From Candidatus Hydrogenedentota bacterium (GTDB taxonomy: Bacteria > Hydrogenedentota > Hydrogenedentia > Hydrogenedentales > SLHB01): DNA of 64,000 nt. This document shows positions 18,040-28,133 of the stretch, piece after piece. Under the pieces are notes generated by a model, which made no database searches, was not told the origin of the DNA, and saw only the letters and a list, made by a program, of their open reading frames with translations. How positions within the stretch are numbered: position 1 is the first letter of the stretch; every line of letters begins with the position of its first letter. The translations under genes were made by a program, and so were the position numbers. The stretch lies in the NCBI GenBank assembly GCA_045863335.1, contig BTVY01000004.1:128001-192000 (forward strand). Reading direction: 5' to 3'.

Positions 18040-19221
18040 TCAGTCGCGCGATTCCTCCAGTTCGCGGTCAACCGCCTGGCTGTACCAGCGGTTGAAGACC
18101 GAGACCCACAGGATTAACAACACCCAGGCGACCGGGGCGTACGCCGCGCGATCCAGCGAAAAGGTATTGTCGAAGGCCGTCAAAGGGCGCTCCGCCATAT
18201 AGCTTGCGGCAAATCCCCACAAGGCAAGAATGATAATGGCCAGGAGCATCTGGGCCGACACCTTGGCCTCGAAGTACGCCGGACGGGACCGTAGAAACAA
18301 CGCGACCGCCGACAAGATGGACACGACGGCCAGTCCGGTAAAGATGGCGAGGTCCGGTGTCCATTCGGCGGAGGTAATGAGTGGTCCGTCAGTGGTGCCG
18401 CGTTGGTAGGCCCAGACCAGCAGCGCGCACCCGGCGAATCCAACACCGCCGACGAGATTCCACAGGGCGACTTGCCGAACGACCTTCGATTCGACGGGCG
18501 CCACCTTGGCCCGGCGATCCCGAATGGCCCGAGCGGTTCGAAGGAGCTGATTGGGACCCAACATGGACAACTGATGGATTCCCCAGACGACAAGAGTGAG
18601 TCCGACGGCCATCGGTATCAGCGAGGGGTCAAAGAGTGTGCTCCCTGGCGTGACGGTGTACGCCGTCGAGGCCACCAAGTCGCCAAGACCGGCCGCGAGG
18701 AGCAGGGCGCCGTTTGAGCCATAAAGTCCGCGTTTTGGCGCGCAGATGCCGGACAGTCCGATGGCAACCAATGCGATGCCCCAACCGAACCACACATTTC
18801 CGGACAACAGCAGGTGTAATGCGCCGAAGAGCAGAATCGCCACGCCGGAGAACCGGACCTCTTTGGCGATCTCGGTGTGTTCCTTGTGCGGCATCCAGGC
18901 AACGAGCTTAAGCATCTGCACTTTCGTGCATGGGAACGAATAGCTTTTCATTCCCTCGATGACGTGGAAGGTGATGGTTCGTCCGCCGATCAGGTCATAA
19001 GAGAACTTCAGATAGCGTGCGGCTTCCTCCCGGTGCAACTGCATGACATGCTTGTCGCCCGGTTTCATCAGGGTGAGCAGATCGCCATCAAGGCGAACGG
19101 TCCAGATTTCGTTGTGATACCCGCGACGGGGCCGAAACTGGAGGAAAAACGGCGCCGCATGGCGCGGCGGAATTGTTGGTTGCGCGATACCCATCGGCTT
19201 CGTGACCTCCTTCATCGTCAC
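18040..19221 (-). CDS. Hypothetical multi-pass membrane protein
   Basis: 393-aa ORF with about 8 hydrophobic segments after a soluble N-terminus; co-oriented with neighbours. Confidence 0.75.
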   Translation of the reverse strand: MTMKEVTKPMGIAQPTIPPRHAAPFFLQFRPRRGYHNEIWTVRLDGDLLTLMKPGDKHVMQLHREEAARYLKFSYDLIGGRTITFHVIEGMKSYSFPCTKVQMLKLVAWMPHKEHTEIAKEVRFSGVAILLFGALHLLLSGNVWFGWGIALVAIGLSGICAPKRGLYGSNGALLLAAGLGDLVASTAYTVTPGSTLFDPSLIPMAVGLTLVVWGIHQLSMLGPNQLLRTARAIRDRRAKVAPVESKVVRQVALWNLVGGVGFAGCALLVWAYQRGTTDGPLITSAEWTPDLAIFTGLAVVSILSAVALFLRSRPAYFEAKVSAQMLLAIIILALWGFAASYMAERPLTAFDNTFSLDRAAYAPVAWVLLILWVSVFNRWYSQAVDRELEESRD

Positions 19222-19323
19222 GGCAAGCCGGTCCCAAAACTGATGTTACCACAGGAATCAAAAATGCGCCAATCCGCTATGGGATTGGCGCGCGTAAGTG
19301 TTTGCAAGGCTGTAGTTAATGGA

Positions 19324-20112
19324 CTACCGCATCTCCTGGCCGCCGGTAACGTTGACCGCCTGACCCGTCATGTACGACGAATCCTCCGACGCCAGAAATA
19401 CGACCACGTTGGTCACGTCCTGATAGGTACACCCGCGCTTCATGGGCACTTGATCGATGTATTTCTGGCGAACTTCGGCTTCGGAAATGCCCTGGTTCGC
19501 GGCGTACTGCTTGAACAGGCTGTTCACCCAGAGCGGCGAATCGAGCAAATTTCCGGGGCAAATGGAGTTGACGCGGATGCCGCGTTCGGCGAATTCGAGC
19601 GCGAGGCTCTGCGTGACGCCGATGCCGCCGAACTTGGACGCCGCATAGGCGCTATTCCTGAAGCTGCCCTTCTTGCCGGACTTGGAATTGATCTGAATGA
19701 TCGAACCGCCACCGCCACCCAGCATGACGCGGGCGGCTTCCCGTGCGCACAGGAAGTAGCCGGTCAAGTTCACGTCGATGACCTTCCGCCATTTCGCGGC
19801 GTCGAATTCGATGGAATCGCCGGAGATGAGAATACCGGCATTGGAGACCAGGATATCCAGTCCGCCCAGACGCTGCGCCGCGCGGTCCATGGCGACGCGC
19901 ACGGCCGCATCGTCGCACACGTCAACAGACTCACTCACAACCGCGCGCCCGGTATCTTTCGCGACACGGTCAGCCGTTTCCGCAACGGTATCCGCATTGA
20001 GATCCCAGGCGACGACGTCGCACCCTTCCTTCGCCAGCCGTTCCACGATGGCCGCGCCCAGACCCTGGGCGGCGCCCGTAATCACGGCGCGTTTGTTCTG
20101 TAGCCGGGCCAT
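19324..20112 (-). CDS. srlD: Sorbitol-6-phosphate 2-dehydrogenase-like SDR
   Basis: TGAAQGLG, QINSKSGKKGSFRNSAYAASKFGG, PGNLLDSPLW, KYIDQVPMKRGC, TGQAVNVTGGQ characteristic of SrlD/SorD. Confidence 0.85.
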   Translation of the reverse strand: MARLQNKRAVITGAAQGLGAAIVERLAKEGCDVVAWDLNADTVAETADRVAKDTGRAVVSESVDVCDDAAVRVAMDRAAQRLGGLDILVSNAGILISGDSIEFDAAKWRKVIDVNLTGYFLCAREAARVMLGGGGGSIIQINSKSGKKGSFRNSAYAASKFGGIGVTQSLALEFAERGIRVNSICPGNLLDSPLWVNSLFKQYAANQGISEAEVRQKYIDQVPMKRGCTYQDVTNVVVFLASEDSSYMTGQAVNVTGGQEMR

Positions 20113-21728
20113 CAGACGTACTTCTCCAACAGGGCTTCCTCGGCTTCCTTCGTCCATGCGGAGTGGGGGCCCAGCTTACCCTTGAGTTCCGGAATGCGCT
20201 CCTCGACTTCCTCGACGGGCATGAGCGGAAGCTCCGGGATTTGCGTATAGATGACCGTCTTGCCCGGGAAGCGCGCGTCGTTCACGCCCTCAAGCCCTTC
20301 GCGGGCGGAATTCAGTCCGCCAATGGCCGCGACGCTGAGGTTCGTGTTAAGCTCGCCGGATTCGACCATTTCAAGAACCTTCCGCAAATCGCTGATGCGC
20401 GATCCGCTGGAGCCGATCATCTTGATTCCGCGGCACAGGTCTTTGATCTGGATGTCCGCGCACTTGCCGAGACCGACGCCGGCGAAGATGTTGAGGACCG
20501 CGTTGTCCGCCGCGTACGCCATGGCCGCGGGGACAAGCGGCGCCACGGGCGCCATGACGATGACGTCGTCATACCCGCCTGTGGCCAGGGCGTGGATTTT
20601 CTCGTCCATGGCGGCCTGCGATTCGAACTCGCTTGGCGCCAGCGTGACCAGTTTTACCCCGCGCTGCTTGGCCAAATCGCCGAAGCGGCGTTCGATGTGG
20701 TCGAGGCGTGCCCGATCGAGGTCCGTGACGACCACGAGGTTCGGTCCGCTTGAGATCTCGATGGCGCGCTGCACGTGCATCTGGCCCATGGGACCGCCCG
20801 CGCCGAGGAAGAGGGCCTCGCCGCCGGGGAGCAAGTCGTGGCGCGTGTTCGCCTGCTGGATGGACTGCAAGTCGTTTCCGCCGCCGTAGAACCGGATCCC
20901 TTCGTAGTGGATGCGCCCGATATCGAGGGAGGCCGTGCCGTCGCTGGATGGCGAACCGAGCAGGTACATGACCCCGTTCTTGTTCAAACGCGATGCCAAG
21001 GTGTTGACCAGTTCCGGGGACGGCATGGGAAGGATGATGTCGTCAAACGTGGCATCATGGTTCAGGCCGTCTAGCGAACGAGACAGGACTTGCGCCGCCG
21101 GATATTCCTTGCGAAACGCATCCGCATCGATGTCCGTGACCACAAGAACGGCATTGCCTTCCGCGGGCGCCATGCGCTCTTTCAGGTTGTACGACATTTC
21201 CACGCAGGCCCACGGCTCGGACAAGGCAGCCTGGCTGTAGCCCGTCTCCGGTTTGACCGGCAGCAGGTAACAACCTTCGTCGCCTTCCAGCGCCATTTCG
21301 TCCAGGTAGCAGTACTCGGCCAGGCCGCCTGGGATGAGGTAGCCAAAGGCAAACCCGAGGCCCTTGTAGTAGATGTCCGCCTGGACGATGTACCGTTCGC
21401 CAACCTTGAACTTGTCCTTCCACTGCGACCCGACCTGGACGACCGTCGCAGCGCATTCGTGGCCGAGCACCGTCGGATCTTTCGCCAGGTCGCGGCCGCG
21501 CAGGCGAGCGTGGCTGCTGCCCTGATTGATGATCTTGATGTCGGACTGGCAAAGGCCCAGCGCATCCACGCGGAGCACGATTTCGTTGTCCTTGGCCGGC
21601 CGGAGTTCGAGGGTAACCGGTTTGCCGTCCTTGCCGACGTTCTCGATTCCTGCGCCGAACACTTGCCAGGCGTCGTAGGTCTTGGGTAGCGGTTCATCCG
21701 CTTTGCGATATTTCTCCATAGTGGACAC
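20112..21728 (-). CDS. Zn-dependent MDR dehydrogenase, L-sorbose-1-phosphate reductase (SorE)-like, extended form
   Basis: LCQSDIK, LGHE, FGYLIPGGL, ALSEPWACV, GAGGPMGQM, IGSSGS; GTG start with AAGGAG RBS; stop overlaps srlD start. Confidence 0.8.
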   Translation of the reverse strand: MSTMEKYRKADEPLPKTYDAWQVFGAGIENVGKDGKPVTLELRPAKDNEIVLRVDALGLCQSDIKIINQGSSHARLRGRDLAKDPTVLGHECAATVVQVGSQWKDKFKVGERYIVQADIYYKGLGFAFGYLIPGGLAEYCYLDEMALEGDEGCYLLPVKPETGYSQAALSEPWACVEMSYNLKERMAPAEGNAVLVVTDIDADAFRKEYPAAQVLSRSLDGLNHDATFDDIILPMPSPELVNTLASRLNKNGVMYLLGSPSSDGTASLDIGRIHYEGIRFYGGGNDLQSIQQANTRHDLLPGGEALFLGAGGPMGQMHVQRAIEISSGPNLVVVTDLDRARLDHIERRFGDLAKQRGVKLVTLAPSEFESQAAMDEKIHALATGGYDDVIVMAPVAPLVPAAMAYAADNAVLNIFAGVGLGKCADIQIKDLCRGIKMIGSSGSRISDLRKVLEMVESGELNTNLSVAAIGGLNSAREGLEGVNDARFPGKTVIYTQIPELPLMPVEEVEERIPELKGKLGPHSAWTKEAEEALLEKYV

Positions 21729-21826
21729 GTTGCGTCTCCTTATCTTGCGCGTGGGGTGAAGGGGGCGTCTTTCCAACACTCCCGTCACCGACATTCCCGC
21801 GGGATTCTACGTTCGATATTCTGTAA

Positions 21827-22591
21827 TTATGATTTCCGGTCCGCGATGCTGTTCAAGCGATAATGCTCATCGGGCCGCGTGAAGATCCGATCCACATCGT
21901 GGGGCTCCATAAAGCGCGGTCCGCCGAGGGCGTAGGTTCCCACGATGATCTGTGAGGATTTCTCCGCCATATCCGTGCAACTCGTCACGGCCTTCGGCGA
22001 TCCGCCCATCGTGATGAGGCCGTGGTTCTGCATGAGAATGGCGGAGGGCAAAACGCCTTCCGCTTCGACGTACTGTTCGAACCGCGTCTTCACCTCGCGC
22101 GCCAGCACCAGCCCCGGGTCCACGTAGGGAATCCACACGGACTTGTGCTTCATGGACACCACCTGGTCCGGGAAGATGCGCCCCGACGCCGCTTCTTCCG
22201 CCCGCTTGGAGCAGAGGATGGCGTTGGTATACACGGGGTGCGTGTGCCCGATGAAGTTGTACTCCGGCACCCGGAGGAGGATGGCGTGAAGCATCGCCTC
22301 GACCGACGGCCGCCGCGTCTCCTTGGGATCGAGCAGGGCCTCCTTGAACACCCGCGACACATCCTCATCCCCGGCAGACGGGTCATCCAGGATGGCCGTT
22401 ACTTTCGAGATGGATACGGCAACAAACCCGCTTTCGTCAATGGTCGAAAGGGTTGTGCCGGAGGCTTTTACATAAAACGAATCGTCGTCGATCCGGGCGG
22501 AGGTGTTGCCTTCGCCCAGCATGGCGTAGCCCTTCGAAGGATCGCCCAGATACCGCGACATATCGACCAATTGCTGCATGATGTTTGACAT
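21827..22591 (-). CDS. Class II aldolase/adducin family protein (RhaD-like)
   Basis: GEGNTSAR, VKASG, RPSVEAMLH, GHTHP, MQNHGL. Confidence 0.88.
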   Translation of the reverse strand: MSNIMQQLVDMSRYLGDPSKGYAMLGEGNTSARIDDDSFYVKASGTTLSTIDESGFVAVSISKVTAILDDPSAGDEDVSRVFKEALLDPKETRRPSVEAMLHAILLRVPEYNFIGHTHPVYTNAILCSKRAEEAASGRIFPDQVVSMKHKSVWIPYVDPGLVLAREVKTRFEQYVEAEGVLPSAILMQNHGLITMGGSPKAVTSCTDMAEKSSQIIVGTYALGGPRFMEPHDVDRIFTRPDEHYRLNSIADRKS

Positions 22592-22703
22592 AGCTGTACC
22601 GCGTCCCCTGTCCGTAAAAACACATGGATTGCCAGAGTATAGCAGGAAGGGGGGCGGCGATTGTAACTGCTCGCGGCTGCAAACTGCTCGCGGCTGCGCT
22701 ATA

Positions 22704-23231
22704 ATGGCGACGGAGGACAGGTCGGACAAGGCCGATGACCGGGGATCGGCTTTTCGTTGGGGAGTGCTTCGAATGGTCTACATCAGGGCGAATGAGTTGC
22801 GCTATCTAGCTCTACATCTTCTGATCGTATTCGCGGTGGTGTTCGCTGTTATCGTTCCACTCGTCGTGAACTCCAACGAATCGTTTGGGTACGCCCTGTT
22901 CATTGCTTTCGATTTCGCGGTGACTATCTTCTGTTTGCGGTGGTGGTGCCCGCCTCTTTTTGACGATACATTGACATTCAGTGATCGTTTCGACGTAACA
23001 ATCGATGATCGGGGAATCGGCGGACCGATCCGCGCAGGCACTTTTGGGTTTGCTCGACAGGAGGTCGTGCCGGTCGACAGGATCGACCTGACCCGATGCC
23101 GATACAACACCATGTTCGGCTCGTATCTCGCATTGAAGGACGGCCGTCGCCTGATCGTCAGCTCGTTCGCCCACTCGGCAGAGAATGTCAGGCGCGTGTT
23201 CGAGGAAGTCCGCCGCCGAGTAGAAAAATAG
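22704..23231 (+). CDS. Hypothetical two-TM membrane protein (start uncertain)
   Basis: Two hydrophobic helices followed by a small soluble beta-rich domain. Confidence 0.55.
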   Translation: MATEDRSDKADDRGSAFRWGVLRMVYIRANELRYLALHLLIVFAVVFAVIVPLVVNSNESFGYALFIAFDFAVTIFCLRWWCPPLFDDTLTFSDRFDVTIDDRGIGGPIRAGTFGFARQEVVPVDRIDLTRCRYNTMFGSYLALKDGRRLIVSSFAHSAENVRRVFEEVRRRVEK

Positions 23232-23305
23232 GGACAGTTCCCTTTTCGTTTTTGAAGCGCCAAGATTGAGCCCCAGTGCCTGAGAAACGAAAAGGGAACT
23301 GTCCC
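23231..23305. repeat. REP/REPIN-like element with perfect 21-bp inverted repeats
   Basis: GGGACAGTTCCCTTTTCGTTT-N33-AAACGAAAAGGGAACTGTCCC between convergent genes; related copy at 38326. Confidence 0.8.
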
Positions 23306-23351
23306 CATTTTTCATCCGATCGTTTGACCAACCGGAATCTTTACGCAGCTA

Positions 23352-24308
23352 TTACTTCCCGATGGCGTCCCGGCGTTGTTTGAGTTCGCGCCAGGTGGTG
23401 AGGATGATGCCTTCTTCTTCGATTGCTTTCTTCACTGCGGGATCGATCAGGGCGTTGTAATCGCCGAAGACGGTTTCGCGGTTGTTTGTGATCGCCTTGC
23501 CTTCTTCCGTGGGTTTGGTGGGATGGCAGTTGAACCAGGTAACACCTGGTTTCAGCGTACGGATCATGTCCACGTATTCCGCGGTCTTGTCCACGCTCTT
23601 CCAGGAGTAGCTGCGCGTGTCGATGTCGTCGAGCACGGGAAGGCCCGCCTCCCAGACCTTCTCTGCGTAGGGGCGCAATTGCTCGTAAGCTTCCGCGTCT
23701 TCCTGGCCGACGATGGTGCCGTGGCCTCCGGCGATGAGCAGGGGAATCTGCTTTTCGATGCCGACCTTCAGGTAGCGCTCGAAGTACTCGGGTGTGGCAA
23801 ACAGCGTGCCCATGTGCGAATCGAGGTGTGTGATTTCGATTCCCATCTTCTCCGCGAGGGCGATTTGGGCCCGTAGTTCCTGTTCCACCTCATCGGCCGT
23901 TGCGTTCTGGACGACTTGGCCGACGTTGTCGTGCATGAAGCCCATGGCGTCGACCAACCCCGGCACGGCGTCCCGGCCGGCGACGGGCGACCATCGGTAG
24001 GGGTCCCACTCCGCCGTGTAAGTCAGGTGCAATCCAGCGCATACGTTCGGATTCTGCTTCAGATAGGCGACGAACTCGGGAACCCAGGAACAGGGCATCA
24101 TGATGCTGACGGAAGTAACGGTGCCCGCTTCGAGGGTGGCGATCGTGCCCGCATTGGCGGCGTGGCACATGCCCGCGTCGTCGGCGTGGATCATAAGGAC
24201 CCTGGCGCCCTTGGGCCAGCCGAGTTTTTCGGCGTAGGTTTCTTCCTGGGCGAGGGCGACGTTGATTGACAAGGAAAAGACAAGACTGAGCAGGATTACC
24301 ATTCGCAT
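23352..24308 (-). CDS. Secreted YdjC/ChbG-family carbohydrate deacetylase
   Basis: Signal peptide; IHADDAGM, GLHLT, ELRAQI, THLDSHMG. Confidence 0.88.
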   Translation of the reverse strand: MRMVILLSLVFSLSINVALAQEETYAEKLGWPKGARVLMIHADDAGMCHAANAGTIATLEAGTVTSVSIMMPCSWVPEFVAYLKQNPNVCAGLHLTYTAEWDPYRWSPVAGRDAVPGLVDAMGFMHDNVGQVVQNATADEVEQELRAQIALAEKMGIEITHLDSHMGTLFATPEYFERYLKVGIEKQIPLLIAGGHGTIVGQEDAEAYEQLRPYAEKVWEAGLPVLDDIDTRSYSWKSVDKTAEYVDMIRTLKPGVTWFNCHPTKPTEEGKAITNNRETVFGDYNALIDPAVKKAIEEEGIILTTWRELKQRRDAIGK

Positions 24309-24387
24309 GTTAAGAATCTCCGTAATTCAGAAAAAGCCTGACCGGGATTATTGCACATCGGTAGGGGGCTTTTCGCGTGGGCCGGGA

Positions 24388-26043
24388 TCACTCCATCTGG
24401 AAGGCAAGCAACGTCGTGTCGTCCTGGACCGGCGCGTTGCTCCGCCAACGGGTCAGCGCATTCTTTACAGCGAGAACCGAATCCTCGAGCGGAAGCTCAC
24501 GGGTTTCTCGCAGCAACTCGATGAGCCGATCCTCTCCGAAGATCATGTTATCCATGTTCATAGCCTCCATGACGCCGTCAGAATACAGAAAGACGCGATC
24601 CCCCGTGTTCAGGGTCGTGGAAGCCTCCCGGTATGATTCGTCAGCAATGCCGACGGGAAGTCCGTGGGGTTTGAATGTCTGATGCACACCGTCCCGGGAT
24701 AGGACGATGGGGCTGGGATGTCCGGCACAGGCGAACCGGAACTCTCGTTTCTTCGGGTTTACGATGGCATACAGGATGGTGAAAAACTGGTTGGATTCCG
24801 AGTCCCAGGTGTACGTTTTGTTGAGTTGTTCGATCACCTTGGCGGGTTCCATGATGCGGCGGTCCCGAGCGTCGTCATTTGGCGTAGATTCGTAGACGAG
24901 CGACGCCGCTCCCGCGCCCGGTTGGAGCAAGCGGCTTACGCTCGTAGACAACAGCGCGGATCCCGTGCCGTGTCCGGTCACGTCGAGCACGTACATGGCC
25001 GTGTGGTCGTCATCGAGCCGGACGATGTTCAGCATGTCTCCCGCCAACGCGTCGCAGGGTTCGAAAAACCACGCCACGCGAAGGCCGGGGATTTGCAGCC
25101 GTAGCGGCGGGAGCTGGGCCCGCTGGATCTGCGCCGCCGTGCGGAGGTCGCGGAGCAAGCGATCGTTGAGCCGCTTGAGTTCCGTCGACGTTTCTTGGAG
25201 CCGTCGTTCGGTCTCGACCCGTTCGGTGATGTCGGATTGCACACCCACGAAATGAGTGATTTTTCCCGACGCGTCGCGAATCGGTGTAATCGAGAGACGG
25301 TTCCAGAAGATCGAGCCATCCTTTCGATAGTTCTTCAATTCGACAACACAATTCCGGCCTTCGTTAATGGCCGCCCGGATCTCGGCGCGCGCGGCATCGT
25401 TGGATTCGGGCCCCTGCAGGAAACGGCAATTGCGGCCGAGAACTTCGGCACGGGTGTATCCTGTGATCGCCTCGAAGCCGTCGTTGATGTAGATCAGTGG
25501 ATTGTCCGGCAAGCGCCGGTCGCTGATCGTGATGCCCTCCAGTGTCGCGGCCATGGCTCGTTCACGGAGCATGACATCTTCACCCGCACGGCGTTCGCTG
25601 GTGACATCCCGCATGATGAGTACGACGGCCGGTTGGGCGGATTCCGCGTCTATGCGGGCTGCAAACGCATGATAGATGCGGAGATTCAACCGGTCGCCGC
25701 GGACAACAGCGATCTCGTCCGCCGCTTCGTCAGCACCGCGAAGGACGATGGAAAGGGGAAACCGTTCCGGGGCGTAGGTTTGACCCGGGTCGCGGGGGTC
25801 CCGCAAATCGACAACGCGAATCCACGCCGGATCCGTTACGTCGGCTACCGCTTGTACCCACAGGTCCTGCGCAGCGCGATTGGCGAACAGAACGCGTCCG
25901 GCAGCGTCTGCAATCAGTATTGCGTCCGACGAAATGTCCAAGGCTGCTCGAAGCGTTGTGAGGTTCACATCGGTGTTCCTGTACGGCTGTGGAATCCCGA
26001 GGCTCCAACTGAATTCCCGGTGGTATTGTAACGCACTTGCCAC
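24388..26043 (-). CDS. PAS-LOV-PP2C (SpoIIE/RsbU-type) serine phosphatase; start uncertain
   Basis: LOV signature DNPLIYIN...GRNCRFLQG...NYRKDG.FWN...FVGVQ; PP2C motifs LAGD, LDVTGHG, FFT, AGHP, YSDGVME, DDTT. Confidence 0.9.
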   Translation of the reverse strand: MASALQYHREFSWSLGIPQPYRNTDVNLTTLRAALDISSDAILIADAAGRVLFANRAAQDLWVQAVADVTDPAWIRVVDLRDPRDPGQTYAPERFPLSIVLRGADEAADEIAVVRGDRLNLRIYHAFAARIDAESAQPAVVLIMRDVTSERRAGEDVMLRERAMAATLEGITISDRRLPDNPLIYINDGFEAITGYTRAEVLGRNCRFLQGPESNDAARAEIRAAINEGRNCVVELKNYRKDGSIFWNRLSITPIRDASGKITHFVGVQSDITERVETERRLQETSTELKRLNDRLLRDLRTAAQIQRAQLPPLRLQIPGLRVAWFFEPCDALAGDMLNIVRLDDDHTAMYVLDVTGHGTGSALLSTSVSRLLQPGAGAASLVYESTPNDDARDRRIMEPAKVIEQLNKTYTWDSESNQFFTILYAIVNPKKREFRFACAGHPSPIVLSRDGVHQTFKPHGLPVGIADESYREASTTLNTGDRVFLYSDGVMEAMNMDNMIFGEDRLIELLRETRELPLEDSVLAVKNALTRWRSNAPVQDDTTLLAFQME

Positions 26044-26189
26044 TCCTTCATGATATTCAGGAGAGAATGGATTCTGTGTGGGATTTGCCGGTATCCAAAT
26101 GATCGCGATACATGGAACGCAAACCGCGAAGCCGGCGTGTGCGGGCAGATCCCGCGCTTTGGCAGGCTACCGTGACGGGAGGAATCACC

Positions 26190-27404
26190 ATGAAACGGAT
26201 GATGGTAGCAGTGTTGACGGTCGTGGGCTGGTTGGCGACAGCTGCGGAAGCGCCTTTCTACGAGAGTAGATTCATTTTTGACCCTGCCGCTGTTGAGAGC
26301 CACGGGCATGTCCACGCGTCGAGTATCGTTGAGTGCCCGAACGGCGATCTGCGCGCGGTTTGGTATGAGAACGGCTCCGCTCTTCCCGAAGGCTACTATG
26401 CCGAAGACCGCGACAAGAGCGACAATGTCCGCATCGGCGGGGCGCGGCGTCCGGCGGGCGAAGCGGAATGGGAGACACCGTTCGTCATGGCGGATACCTT
26501 CGGTGTGTCGGATAACAATCCCTGCATGGTTGTGGACGACGAGAAGCGACTATGGCTCATCTATCCCACGCTCCTGGGCGTTCCCGATTGGACCTGGGGT
26601 AGCGGCCTCGTGCGATACCGTGTCGCCAGCGACTACGAGAAACCCGGAGCGCCGACTTGGGAAAAGTCGGACATCCTGATTCCACGGGTGGACGACCTGC
26701 GCCCGATGGTTGACGCATACCTTGATGATATGGTCGCATCCGGACAATGGACGGAGGAGCGCCGGGCGGAACTGGCCAAGCGCGTGGAGCAGATGTTTGC
26801 GAATCCTCTCGCGGAGCGTTTGGGATGGATGCCGCGCGCCCATCCGCTTGTGCGGTCCGACGGTGCGGTCGTCGTGCCCCTCTCCAACGAGAACTTCTCC
26901 ATTCCCTGTATGGCCATTACGCGAGACGGCGGCGAAACGTGGACGTTTTCGAACCTGGTTCCGGAAGCAGGACTTACACAACCTACGTTGGTCGAGTTTC
27001 CGGATGGGGATATTCACGCGTTCTTCCGCAACGGGGGTCCCGAACGCCGCATCAAGCGCAGCATATCCAAAGACGGCGGGATGACATGGGGGGCAATCAC
27101 AACCACGGATCTGCTGCATCCCGGCGCGGGTATCGAGGCGATTGTGCTGAACAACGGCCACCTGCTGATGGCGTATAACGACGTGGAAGAGGGTCCGCGG
27201 GACAAGCTGGCCGTTTCCATTTCGGACGACCGCGGTGAAACCTGGAAATGGACGCGGCATCTCGAAGACACGCCGGACGGCCGCTTCGATTATCCGTCCA
27301 TCGTTCAGGCAAAGGATGGGACATTACACGCCACGTATAGTTTCAACCTAGAGACCATCAAGCATGTGCACTTCAACGAAGCGTGGGTGATGGAAGGCGA
27401 CTGA
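26190..27404 (+). CDS. Secreted sialidase-like BNR/Asp-box beta-propeller
   Basis: Signal peptide; HASSIVE, Asp-boxes TRDGGETW, SKDGGMTW, SDDRGETW; DYPSIVQ. Confidence 0.88.
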   Translation: MKRMMVAVLTVVGWLATAAEAPFYESRFIFDPAAVESHGHVHASSIVECPNGDLRAVWYENGSALPEGYYAEDRDKSDNVRIGGARRPAGEAEWETPFVMADTFGVSDNNPCMVVDDEKRLWLIYPTLLGVPDWTWGSGLVRYRVASDYEKPGAPTWEKSDILIPRVDDLRPMVDAYLDDMVASGQWTEERRAELAKRVEQMFANPLAERLGWMPRAHPLVRSDGAVVVPLSNENFSIPCMAITRDGGETWTFSNLVPEAGLTQPTLVEFPDGDIHAFFRNGGPERRIKRSISKDGGMTWGAITTTDLLHPGAGIEAIVLNNGHLLMAYNDVEEGPRDKLAVSISDDRGETWKWTRHLEDTPDGRFDYPSIVQAKDGTLHATYSFNLETIKHVHFNEAWVMEGD

Positions 27405-27444
27405 TCCCGACGACTCGTGCAACAAAGACGGAAGGAGCGGACCT

Positions 27445-28080
27445 GTGACCGAATCAGATAAGGCATCTTCCCTGGTTCCCGTCGGAGTATTCACGATCGC
27501 ATACTTGGCGATCGCGACCATTACTGCGTTCGCCAGAGGTAACCAGGAATTCATCTTTTACATTGTTGTCGTGGCGCTTCTGATCGGCGCGGTCCTCATC
27601 GTTCACCGGCGCGTTCACCTCAGCCCGGGCGTGTTGTGGGCGCTCAGCATCTGGGGGCTGGCGCACATGATGGGCGGTCTCGTCCGCGTGCCGGAAGGCT
27701 GGCCCATCAATGGCGACATTCGCGTGCTTTACAGTCTGTGGATCGTTCCGAACTACCTGAAGTACGACCACGTCGTCCACGCCTACGGGTTCGGCACGAC
27801 CACCTGGGTGTGCTGGCAGGGGCTGCGTTCGATCCTGGGAGCCTACACGACAAATCCTCAGCCGACATTCGGGTTGATGGTGCTGTCCGCGACGGCGGGA
27901 TTGGGTTTCGGCGCGCTCAACGAAGTAGTCGAATTCGCGGCCGTGCTGCTCGTCCCTGAGACCAACGTGGGCGGCTACATCAACACCGGCTGGGATCTCG
28001 TGGCCAATTCCGTAGGCGCGACGACGGCCGCGCTGCTTATTTTCGTCTTTGACCGGTCCAGATCAGTGGATTCAAAGTAG
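27445..28080 (+). CDS. DUF2238-like inner membrane protein
   Basis: Multiple TM helices; YDHVVH, LNEVVEF, NTGWDLVAN. Confidence 0.7.
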   Translation: MTESDKASSLVPVGVFTIAYLAIATITAFARGNQEFIFYIVVVALLIGAVLIVHRRVHLSPGVLWALSIWGLAHMMGGLVRVPEGWPINGDIRVLYSLWIVPNYLKYDHVVHAYGFGTTTWVCWQGLRSILGAYTTNPQPTFGLMVLSATAGLGFGALNEVVEFAAVLLVPETNVGGYINTGWDLVANSVGATTAALLIFVFDRSRSVDSK

Positions 28081-28133
28081 CGCCGCCCGTGCAGTGCGGC
28101 AGCGTTTAAAAACAAGTGTGGGGGAATTGGAAC

